The position numbers were made by a program, and so were the translations under genes. The notes beneath the pieces are model-generated. The model searched no databases, had not been told where the DNA came from, and was given only the letters and a program-made list of their open reading frames with translations. From assembly GCA_016215405.1 (NCBI GenBank), contig JACRJQ010000008.1, positions 25,866 through 89,865 on the forward strand: 64,000 bases of DNA. Reading direction: 5' to 3'. Position 1 is the first letter of the stretch. Each line of letters opens with the position of its first letter. Below are positions 50,520 through 58,946 of the stretch, piece after piece. The DNA is from Candidatus Tayloriibacteriota bacterium (lineage in GTDB: Bacteria > Patescibacteriota > Minisyncoccia > Phycocordibacterales > UBA6065).

Positions 50520-51183
50520 TTATCGCATTATCCTCTCCGCGACGATCTCTGCCTTGATCGGAAATTCGTCGTCGACGTTCGCGATGAACGAGAGGTTAGG
50601 TATGATAAGGCCGAAATCGGACCTCTTGAGCTTCGTTTCCGCCGTCCCGATGATCGAATTATCCGTGACGTTCGCGACCACGGTAAAGACCGCGGGCTTC
50701 GTGACGCCCGATATCGTGACGTCGCCCGACACGTCGAACGAGGCCTTGCCTCCAGAGACAGCCGGATTCGATATGGACCTCGGCTCGAAGGTGATGAACT
50801 CGTTCTCCGGCTTATCCGACTTCAATATGAGCCTCACGATGGCGCCGTTGCGGTTAGCGCTGTCGGTGACGAGCGTCTTCGCGTTGAGGGTAAGGGTGCC
50901 GATCTCGACCCTCTCGTCTTTGACGGCTATATCGCCCGCTATCTGCGTCGTCGTCCCTACGACGAGCTTAGGCTTGCCGTTGAGAAGCTCGTTCATAGTG
51001 AAGGTGACCAGAGACTTCTCCTGCGAGATGCGATAGACCGAAGAGGTCGCGGAGCCTGCAGGGAGCTTCGCCGAAACCTCGTTTATATCCTGCGTCGGGG
51101 CCGATACCGGCCTCGTGACGTAAGCGTACGCCGCTATGGCGATGATGATGACCGCGATTATTGCGATGAGGGCTTTTTTCATA
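50520..51183 (-). CDS. YceI family protein
   Basis: S.VTF, TDSANRN, GDVTISGVTK, KRSDFG. Confidence 0.85.
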
Positions 51184-51313
51184 TCTTTAATACGTTCTAA
51201 GTTGCTCATTCTGACCGAATGATTCTACCACGGCCGAACGCCGCCTTTCGGATCCAAGGCCCTGTGCGCATAGAAAAGCCAGCCGGGGAGGGCTGGCTCG
51301 GAAAAATCGACGA

Positions 51314-52123
51314 TTACGGGTTCTTGGAGAGCTCCGCGTGTCTCGCCTTCATCTTTTCGACGAGCTCGCGGAACGCGCGAGACTGCTCGAGGAGGATAAC
51401 CGCCTTTTTGCAGCCGTGGATCGAGGCTCCGTGGTCTTCCCTGCGCAAGAGCGCACTCACGCGGCCGTAAGACATCTCGAAGTTCGTCCTCAGGATATGC
51501 ATGAGGGCGAACCTGATATTGCTTAGGGCCTCGGGACGCTCCTTGCTCAAGATCCGGTCGAGGCGCTCGCCTGTCACGTCGCAGGCCGCCTTCAAAAGGA
51601 GCTGCACCGAGACAGGGCACGCGTCAGGCTCGCCTTCCAGCCGATAATGGCTCGGCAGTCCGGAGAGCAGCTTCTCGATAGCCTCCGCGTCGGAAGGCTT
51701 CAGGGGCCTGTCCGTCGCGCGCGGCGCGACCGAAAAGCTCGCTCTCATGACGTCTCGCGAGAGGACGAGCATGAGCTGGATCCGCCCCAGAGCGTCGACG
51801 TCGAGAGGGACCCCTTTTTGCTTTAGGCCGTCCCAGACCGCACTCACGAACTCCTTCGTGAAGCGCGGCAACATGCCGATCTTCGCGGCCGTCTCCACGA
51901 TGCTGTGCGGACGGAGCCCGTTCTGCAGGCCGTAGTGCTCGAGGAACGCGCGCTTGAACAAAGGAGGGATCTCCTTCGAATCGAGGGCATTCACCGAGGC
52001 GACGAACCTGCGCATGACGGAGACAAGCTCGGGAACCGCCTGCTTTATCTGTCGCAGCTCGATCCACGAGAACCTGATCGCACCCTCGCTCCCGAGGGTG
52101 GATTGCCCTTTGAGAGGCTTCAT
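51314..52123 (-). CDS. Protein with sigma4-like HTH and DnaA domain IV-like C-terminus
   Basis: FLEHYGL....PHSIVETAAKIG; RFALMHILR...MSYGRVSALLRREDHGASIHGCKK. Confidence 0.65.
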   Translation of the reverse strand: MKPLKGQSTLGSEGAIRFSWIELRQIKQAVPELVSVMRRFVASVNALDSKEIPPLFKRAFLEHYGLQNGLRPHSIVETAAKIGMLPRFTKEFVSAVWDGLKQKGVPLDVDALGRIQLMLVLSRDVMRASFSVAPRATDRPLKPSDAEAIEKLLSGLPSHYRLEGEPDACPVSVQLLLKAACDVTGERLDRILSKERPEALSNIRFALMHILRTNFEMSYGRVSALLRREDHGASIHGCKKAVILLEQSRAFRELVEKMKARHAELSKNP

Positions 52124-52248
52124 ACCGATATCCTTGGGTTAAGGGTTTGTTGGAAAAGAACGAAAACAACGCTTGAATGCGAGGCCTTCGCCACGCCGAA
52201 GCTCAACCGTATTACCACAAATACGAAAAAATGTAAATACCTTATCTT

Positions 52249-52389
52249 CTAGAGGTCCGAGACAATAGGATAGTCGTGGTCCGCTCCTTCCTTCGCGCCG
52301 AAAGCCCCTCCTTCCCTGAAACCAACAGCGACTATAGTCGTAACGACGAGAGTCGCCAGTATAAAGCCGACCAGGGTATCCTTGCTCAT
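52249..52389 (-). CDS. Small single-TM protein (46 aa)
   Basis: MSKDTLVGFILATLVVTTIVAVGFREGG...; not in the ORF track. Confidence 0.4.
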   Translation of the reverse strand: MSKDTLVGFILATLVVTTIVAVGFREGGAFGAKEGADHDYPIVSDL

Positions 52390-52446
52390 GACGATACTAC
52401 GCAAAAACAGGCTGCTTTGGGTTCACCTATCTGAGATAATAGCCCT

Positions 52447-52833
52447 ATGAAGACCGGCATCGTCTTTGGAGTGTTCGACGGCCTCCATGAAGGCCACAAG
52501 GCGTTCCTTTCGCAGGCCTGCTCCCTTTGCGATGAGCTCGTAGTCGTTCTCACGCGAGACGAAACGGCCGAAACGCTCAAGGGTCGACTCCCCAAGTTCG
52601 CCTACCCCACGCGAGCTCAGACCGTATCCGAATTCCTTCCAGCCGCCCGGCTCATACCGTCAGACAGCGTCCTCGGCGCATGGAGCGTCTTTGAGGGCCT
52701 TCGCGATTTCGAGGCCTTCCTCGGCTACGACCAGGATGGGATAGCCCTGGAGCTCGACCGTCTCGGCATCCCCTACCGCCGCCTCGATCCCTTTCGCCCT
52801 GAAAAATACAAATCGAGCATTCTTAACCGCTAG
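52447..52833 (+). CDS. Cytidylyltransferase-like (RibL/TagD family) nucleotidyltransferase
   Basis: FGVFDGLHEGH, LGYDQ, YKSS. Confidence 0.85.
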   Translation: MKTGIVFGVFDGLHEGHKAFLSQACSLCDELVVVLTRDETAETLKGRLPKFAYPTRAQTVSEFLPAARLIPSDSVLGAWSVFEGLRDFEAFLGYDQDGIALELDRLGIPYRRLDPFRPEKYKSSILNR

Positions 52834-53471
52834 AACTCGCGGCTCTCCCCTTCCTTTATAACTACGAATTGGATCCCAAGGGGCACGAGCACCGATTCCG
52901 GCACTCGATGCACTGGTCCGAGCTTGTCCGGCATGAGCATCCCCTCATGCACCGGAAAGGCGAATTTCGGCTTCATCTTTTTAGCGTAATCGACGCATTC
53001 TGAAAGCGTCGCCCAAGGACCCGCGACCGGCAGAGCGAGTATATCGATAGGCTTCTGCGGATCGGCGAACGAATCGCCGGGATAGAAGAGCCGATCGCCT
53101 ATGAAATACGCCGTATTCTCGACGACCTTAAGGCCCTGATACATAGGCCAGTGGTCCATGCCGAAGCCCTCGATCCTTACGCCCTTCCTCTCGACCGTCT
53201 GACCGTGTCCCACCAGCGTGTACCTGATCCCTTCTTTGTCCAAGATCTGCCCTACCCCTTTGTTGGTGAGAACCTCCGCCGCTGGGTTGTTCGCGAGCAC
53301 CTCCTTGAGAGACCCTACGTGCAGATGGTCTGCGTGCTCATGGGTGATAAGGACGATGTCGACGCCTTTGGCCTGGTTCTGCGCCGTCGAATACGCGCCA
53401 GGATCAGTAAGGATAGTCAGCCCCCTCTCCTCTATCACCAGACAACAATGTCCGAATTTCGTTATCTTCAT
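52830..53471 (-). CDS. Metallo-beta-lactamase fold hydrolase
   Basis: GHCC, TDPG, THEHADH, YPGDS, PVH. Confidence 0.9.
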   Translation of the reverse strand: MKITKFGHCCLVIEERGLTILTDPGAYSTAQNQAKGVDIVLITHEHADHLHVGSLKEVLANNPAAEVLTNKGVGQILDKEGIRYTLVGHGQTVERKGVRIEGFGMDHWPMYQGLKVVENTAYFIGDRLFYPGDSFADPQKPIDILALPVAGPWATLSECVDYAKKMKPKFAFPVHEGMLMPDKLGPVHRVPESVLVPLGIQFVVIKEGESREF

Positions 53472-53603
53472 ATGTAAAGATTATGTTATCACGGCACTCA
53501 ATCCCGCCCACACCCCTTACCCATATCTCCAACCGATAGTCTCCAAATGCCAACTAAAAACAGTATCGTATCTGATACGGTTTCCAGAATTTAGACCTGC
53601 CTA

Positions 53604-53735
53604 TTATTTAGCAAGTATCGCCTGCGAATCACTGTCAGGCTGCGTAAAATAACCGCTGAAATAAAGGATGGAAAGGCTGACTGCAATAACTACGCTAAAA
53701 CTAATCGCAAACTTAAAGAAAGTCTTATCGAGCAT
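53604..53735 (-). CDS. Small single-TM protein (43 aa)
   Basis: MLDKTFFKFAISFSVVIAVSLSILYFSG...; TATGAT 6 nt upstream of the ATG. Confidence 0.5.
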   Translation of the reverse strand: MLDKTFFKFAISFSVVIAVSLSILYFSGYFTQPDSDSQAILAK

Positions 53736-53979
53736 AGAAAAATCATAGCATTTTTTAAATATTTGAATAATTTATATTTTCTTTAGACTTACTTTAGAAA
53801 TAATTTATCTGGGCAGCAAAAGCCGCGCACGGAGTGCGCGGCTTTTGCTTGCGGGTCGGTGCCCTTCTGCCTCTTGGTCTCATACCGGAGAGTATGGCAT
53901 ACCGCAGATAAAGAAAAGATAAATTTATGGCAAAACCGTGAACAGCTGAACGAGGCGAAACCTCGGTAATTTACGGCGA

Positions 53980-54975
53980 CTAGTAGCTCACCTGGTCGAC
54001 TATGAGGCCCTGCTTGTCATAGAGGGTTATGGTCTCGCGGCGTGAAGCCCAGAGCTCGCGGTTCTTGCCGAGGAACACGCGCCACTGCTTTAGGCTGAAA
54101 TCCGAGTCGCTGCGATGATAGGAGACGCAGCCCGGATAGTTGAGGTGCTCGCGGATGAAGGCCTTGCATTGGGACGTCAGGGTCTCGTCGAATCGCTTCT
54201 TGTCCGTCTTTTCCGGGTTCGAGCATCGATTCACGTAAAGAAGGTAGTCGTAGCATTGCTCGGTGACGTTTCTGGTGCCTTCTTCCTGGGCGGCGGCCGG
54301 GCAGAGAGAGGTCGACATAGGAGGGGTGAATGGGTAGTTCTCGAGGTAGCCCGCGCACTTGTTCTCGCGGAACGAGGTGTAGATCGAGAATGGGAATTGG
54401 GAGAACGGCTGGCCGGTCGTTATGATCGCGTTGTCTCCGGCGCCAAGGACGATGTCGCCTATGACGAAATTCCCTGACGGGTCGAGGAATTGCGTCCCCT
54501 GTCCTATGACCGCCGAATCCGTGGTCGGATAGACGTAGCTGTTATGGCTCGTCTCGATAGGGCGCGTGCCCTTGCCGTTCGTGAGGGTCCAGCCGGTGAT
54601 AGAGACGGGGTTTCCGGTGTTGCGTATAGTCACGTGCTCTTCATAGGGCTGGGCCGTCGAACCGGCGTTCCCCGTCCAGAGGTCTATCTGAGCGGCATAA
54701 GGCGAACGGCCTGGCTGCGAGGATCCGGTAGAACCTCCGGAAGAGCCGCTCGAAGAACCGCCCGTCGAAGAGCCGTCGTAATCGGGAAGGTTCGGCAAGA
54801 GCGGATTGGCGCGGTAGGAATAGTCGTTCGACGAGAGGTTGCTGAGGCTCGTGCCCGTGCCCGAAAGCCCGCCCCCTATATAGCGAGACGCGACAGCGAG
54901 CACTATAAGGAGGAGGAATATGGCTATTATTCCGAATAAAAGGGTCTTTACGAAGCCTTGTTCTCTTGATCTCAT
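53980..54975 (-). CDS. Exported lamin-tail-like, Cys-rich protein
   Basis: EEHVTI.N...PVSITGWTL, SFRENKCAGY, ETITLYD.QG.IVD..SY. Confidence 0.7.
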   Translation of the reverse strand: MRSREQGFVKTLLFGIIAIFLLLIVLAVASRYIGGGLSGTGTSLSNLSSNDYSYRANPLLPNLPDYDGSSTGGSSSGSSGGSTGSSQPGRSPYAAQIDLWTGNAGSTAQPYEEHVTIRNTGNPVSITGWTLTNGKGTRPIETSHNSYVYPTTDSAVIGQGTQFLDPSGNFVIGDIVLGAGDNAIITTGQPFSQFPFSIYTSFRENKCAGYLENYPFTPPMSTSLCPAAAQEEGTRNVTEQCYDYLLYVNRCSNPEKTDKKRFDETLTSQCKAFIREHLNYPGCVSYHRSDSDFSLKQWRVFLGKNRELWASRRETITLYDKQGLIVDQVSY

Positions 54976-55031
54976 GCCCTAGATTATATCAGAGAGCGCG
55001 CATGGGCCGGAGGCGCGATCATTTAGGCAAA

Positions 55032-55063
55032 GCAAAAACCGCATCTTGCGATGCGGTTTTTGC
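55032..55063. terminator. Intrinsic terminator after the major surface protein gene
   Basis: GCAAAAACCGCA...TGCGGTTTTTGC. Confidence 0.75.
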
Positions 55064-55118
55064 CTGTTGGACTAAGTCAAACCTTGCGATTCGACTCGTG
55101 CCATCGTTACCGTTCCTA

Positions 55119-57065
55119 TTACGGAAGCGATACCGAAGGAGTCCTCCACTCCGTCTTGTTGGTCATAGAGACAGACGATGCCTGTCCTACGCCAGCAGCC
55201 TGCCACCTGAAGCCGTTGATCTGAACAGCGTACTGGTTGGCCGAAGAGCCAGCGACAGTGAACTGAACAGTAACAGGGATCTGGACAGTGTTGTTCTTCG
55301 CGAGAGTGAACGACTGACCGTCAATCGTTACGCCAGACGAAGGCATCGAGTACGAGACGATAGCGTTCGTGCCGCCCGCGGTGTTAGCCGAGAGAGCTGC
55401 GTTCGAAGCACCGTTCTTGTAGACTGCGAGCCACGTTGCCGTGGTCGTAGCGCCGTTCGAATCACCGAAGAGGGTCGTGGTCGAAGCCGACGAACCGAAG
55501 GTGATGTCGCCGCCGACTGCAGTTACGCTAACCGTGAAGTTTGCGGAACCGGTCGAGGTTGCAACACCCGAGGTGTCGTTCGAAGAAACCGTCGTTCGAG
55601 TCATCGTAGGCGTGCCAACGAGGGAGAAGACAGGACCGACCTTTCGGATGGTCATGACCTCGCCTGCTGGAGCACCGGAGTCGGAGACCTGGGTACCCTG
55701 GAGGTTCTCAGCGATGATGTTCGTGAGGGAAGCGCTGAGGGAGTTCGCAACGTTTGTAGCGGTGCGGACGTCAACCTTGAGGGAGAGGGTCTTCGTACCG
55801 TCCTTTGCGACAATGAGGTTGTCAATGTCGTCGAAGGTGATCGTAGAACCCGTGACAGACTCGCTCATGACAAGCGTAGAGCCGTCATAGAGGTAAGCCG
55901 TCGTCGTGGTTGCCTGATCAGCCGTGTCGGAGAGGGTGAAGGTAAGATCCGTAACCTTGATGTCGGCCTTGTTTGCACGAAGGTCGAATGCGAGGAGAGG
56001 AAGCTTGTCGAGCTCGTCGTTGTTCGATCCGAGGGATGCGACAACGTCAGCAGCCTTGAAGTTTGCCGAGTTAACGGAAGCGTCAAGAGTTGCAGAGTCT
56101 ACGAGAGACGTCGAGATCGCAACGCCCTGAGAGAATTCGGAGACAGGACCGTACTGGTCGAGACCAGCACCGTCTACGCCTCGGACGCCGTCAGCAGCGA
56201 GAGTGATCGTACAGGTATCGCCCGTACCGTCACAGCCCGATGCGGACTGAGCCTTGATCGAAGAGTAGAGGTCAGCCTTTACCCAGAGGTACTTCGTCGA
56301 GTCCTTTGGAACGTTGTAGCTGAAACCACCGAGGGTGAGGTAGTAAGAACCGGAGTCCTTAACAACCGTGTTCGAGTTGAGATCTGCCTGAGCGAGAACT
56401 CGACCCGAGTCGTCGGTGATGTAAGCCGTCTTGAAGACCTTCGTGTAGATCGACGTGTTTGCGCCGAGATTGAGCTTAACGCGCTGGATGTTGATGTCCG
56501 AGAGCTTAGCCTCAAGCTTGATGCCGAGAACAGGTCGCATCGTCTCACCTTCGTAAACCGTGGTGTTCGAAACCGATGCCTTCTCTACGGTGAGGGTTCC
56601 CTCAACGCCAGAGTTGACAACAGGAGTCGAGCCAGTGTTCGTGGTGCCACCAGTCGTCATCGAGGAGCCCTTGTTGAGCTCAGCTCGAGTGAGAGGACCG
56701 ACGTAACCCGTTGCTGGGAGACCCTTCGAAGCCTGGTACTTTACGACAGCCGCCTTCGTGATCGAACCGAAGTATCCCGTTGCTGGAGATACGCCGATAG
56801 CGTTCTGGAGAGCGGTGACGTCAGCGCCAGACGAACCTACAGTGAGGTCCTTAGCGAACGAGACCGATGCCTGAGAAGAAACAGCTGCCTTTGCTGCTGC
56901 TGCCTTGTCAGACGAGATGATTCCGAGGCTGATAAAGAGGTCGACGAGCTGGCTAGCCGTCATTGACTGAGCGTTAGCCGAGAGAGCGCCGACACCTGCG
57001 AAGATCGAGAGAGCGAGGCCGAGACCTACGACTGCTGCTACAACCTTCTTAGTTGAAATTTGCAT
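55119..57065 (-). CDS. Large S-layer-like surface protein with peptidoglycan-binding domain
   Basis: Signal peptide from MQISTKK; DLTVGSSGADVTALQ...TGYFGSITKAAVVKYQ...TGYVGPLTRA; Ser/Thr-rich beta domains. Confidence 0.85.
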   Translation of the reverse strand: MQISTKKVVAAVVGLGLALSIFAGVGALSANAQSMTASQLVDLFISLGIISSDKAAAAKAAVSSQASVSFAKDLTVGSSGADVTALQNAIGVSPATGYFGSITKAAVVKYQASKGLPATGYVGPLTRAELNKGSSMTTGGTTNTGSTPVVNSGVEGTLTVEKASVSNTTVYEGETMRPVLGIKLEAKLSDINIQRVKLNLGANTSIYTKVFKTAYITDDSGRVLAQADLNSNTVVKDSGSYYLTLGGFSYNVPKDSTKYLWVKADLYSSIKAQSASGCDGTGDTCTITLAADGVRGVDGAGLDQYGPVSEFSQGVAISTSLVDSATLDASVNSANFKAADVVASLGSNNDELDKLPLLAFDLRANKADIKVTDLTFTLSDTADQATTTTAYLYDGSTLVMSESVTGSTITFDDIDNLIVAKDGTKTLSLKVDVRTATNVANSLSASLTNIIAENLQGTQVSDSGAPAGEVMTIRKVGPVFSLVGTPTMTRTTVSSNDTSGVATSTGSANFTVSVTAVGGDITFGSSASTTTLFGDSNGATTTATWLAVYKNGASNAALSANTAGGTNAIVSYSMPSSGVTIDGQSFTLAKNNTVQIPVTVQFTVAGSSANQYAVQINGFRWQAAGVGQASSVSMTNKTEWRTPSVSLP

Positions 57066-57717
57066 GTTGTGTGTACTTCTTGTAATGACCGAATCGGAGG
57101 CTCGAGTCTGACTTGTAAAATTCTCGAACGTTTCCGATCCGCTACTAACAAATAATCTTTCATCCCCTTCCCCGCTTATCGACGGCGGAGCTTGGGATGT
57201 GGAGCGCATCGTCCGGGCCTAAGCCCTGGCGACTGCTCCTCGACTATTCCGGGATCCATTATCCCAGCGCTCTGAGTTCGATCGGATCGAACGCACAGCG
57301 CTGGGTCGACATGGGCCCAGAGAATAGTGATGAGGGTTTCTAGGGAGGGTCGGATATGCGGAGAACCGTCCGGGACGTAAGGGTCGTCTGTAACTTTCGC
57401 GATCGCTATTCAATTATCAATGTGACAAGAGGTCAGACGAAAAGGGAGCGCGGTAGCCCAATAATTATAGCTTCGTGCCCCAATAGGCGCAAAACATATA
57501 AATGTGGATAACGGAATAGGCCTATTTGGGGCCTTATTCCGATACATACTCCACATACACTATATTATACGAAAAAGGGGCAAAAATCAAGTCAATATAA
57601 GGAGGGGGCCTGGGATGCCTACAGGAGGGGTATTTGCGGGCTTTTTACCCCTCCCTTTCGGAATAGCCCCCACCCTTAGACGAAACCCCGCTTTAGGCGG
57701 GGTTTCGTCTATTTCGA

Positions 57718-58745
57718 TGTCCTTTAAGGACAGAAGCTACTTGTTGAGGGAGTAGGTGCTCCAGCGCCTCTCGCCTTCTTTCTTGAGAGTGCCGGCGGCC
57801 ACCATGGCAAGGAGCTCTCGCTGGATGGTCTTTACAGAGACACCCTTTATGCTCTCTACGAAATCGTTCACGTTGAGGCCGCTTCTCTTGGAGAGGAGCT
57901 TTACAATAATGGCCTGCCTGCCGTCCTTCGAATCGGTCGCCTTTGGCTGCTTTTCCTTTATGTCTTTGAGAGGGAGATACTCGGGCTTCGAAGAGACGGA
58001 GATCGTCTGTCCTTTAGGGGCGGTTGCTGGAGGAGTGTAAAGGACACGAGGAGCGTCGGCCTTCGGCGCTTCGGAGACAGCCGGAGCAGAGAGAGGCGCC
58101 TCACGTTCGGCAACCTTCGGAGAAGCGATGTCGAAGAAGCCTGGATCGAGCATAACGGTATCCTCGCTTCCCTTCCGGTTCTCGTCCTTCTCCATAAGAG
58201 AGAGGAGCGCCGTGAACTCGCGAGAGAGGATGCTGTAATTCATCTCGGAAATAAGCCCTGAATGGTGGGCGATGGACGCGAGAGAGACGATCTCGAGCGA
58301 GAGGCCTTGATATTCCTTTATGAGGTCTTTGCGCTCGGCGAGAGATACGGTATTAAAAGAGATGTTGAGCGCCATAAGAGAGAGAGCGTTCTCGCGTATC
58401 TTCCATTTGAGAGGCTCGTTGTCCTTGATGAAGTTCGTGATCATGTATACGGCCGTCACGAGCTTCTCGGTCTTTCGATAGACGTATGCAAAATGAGAGT
58501 TCCGATTGAAGAGAACGAGAGAGCTCACGTCGCCGCTCTCCTTTCGGGTCTCTATCTGCCTATCTCCGTTTTGACTCTGGTTTTCCATACGATGTTTATA
58601 AATATGGGCTTTTCGTAATGTCTTTTACTCTATGTCCTTGAAAAAGGGGTCCGTAAGCGAGATTTTCTGTCCTTTAAATAATATGTCTTTTATCGAATTC
58701 TGTCAAGAAGTGATGTCCATTATAGAACAGCCGTAAAGGACGTAA
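57718..58745. repeat. Cluster of TGTCYTT / AARGACA motifs
   Basis: Palindrome TGTCCTT-T-AAGGACA at 57718-57732; copies at 57961, 58008, 58040, 58420, 58619, 58633, 58668, 58684. Confidence 0.7.
57737..58588 (-). CDS. Helical N-terminal domain plus C-terminal DeoR-like winged HTH protein
   Basis: KTEKLVTAVYMIT; RQAIIVKLL...GVSVKTIQRELLAMV..G.LKKEGERRWSTY. Confidence 0.8.
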   Translation of the reverse strand: MENQSQNGDRQIETRKESGDVSSLVLFNRNSHFAYVYRKTEKLVTAVYMITNFIKDNEPLKWKIRENALSLMALNISFNTVSLAERKDLIKEYQGLSLEIVSLASIAHHSGLISEMNYSILSREFTALLSLMEKDENRKGSEDTVMLDPGFFDIASPKVAEREAPLSAPAVSEAPKADAPRVLYTPPATAPKGQTISVSSKPEYLPLKDIKEKQPKATDSKDGRQAIIVKLLSKRSGLNVNDFVESIKGVSVKTIQRELLAMVAAGTLKKEGERRWSTYSLNK

Positions 58746-58946
58746 AGGGCAAGCCGCCGATGCGAAACGGAAGAAGGCTCGAGTCAATGCGGCGCGTCCT
58801 GCCCGAAGTCCGGACGGCAGGAGCGAAGCGAGGCGCCGTCGCATCGCGCGCTGTGTGGAAAAACGGCGCTCTGATAGACGGAAGCGTATTGGTCGGACCG
58901 CTCTTTTTAAGATGATGAGGTGCTCGCGTGATATAATTTCCACATC

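Noticed and set aside
57503-57511. oriC
   Set aside because: Only one perfect DnaA box, no box cluster, no dnaA/dnaN in the window.
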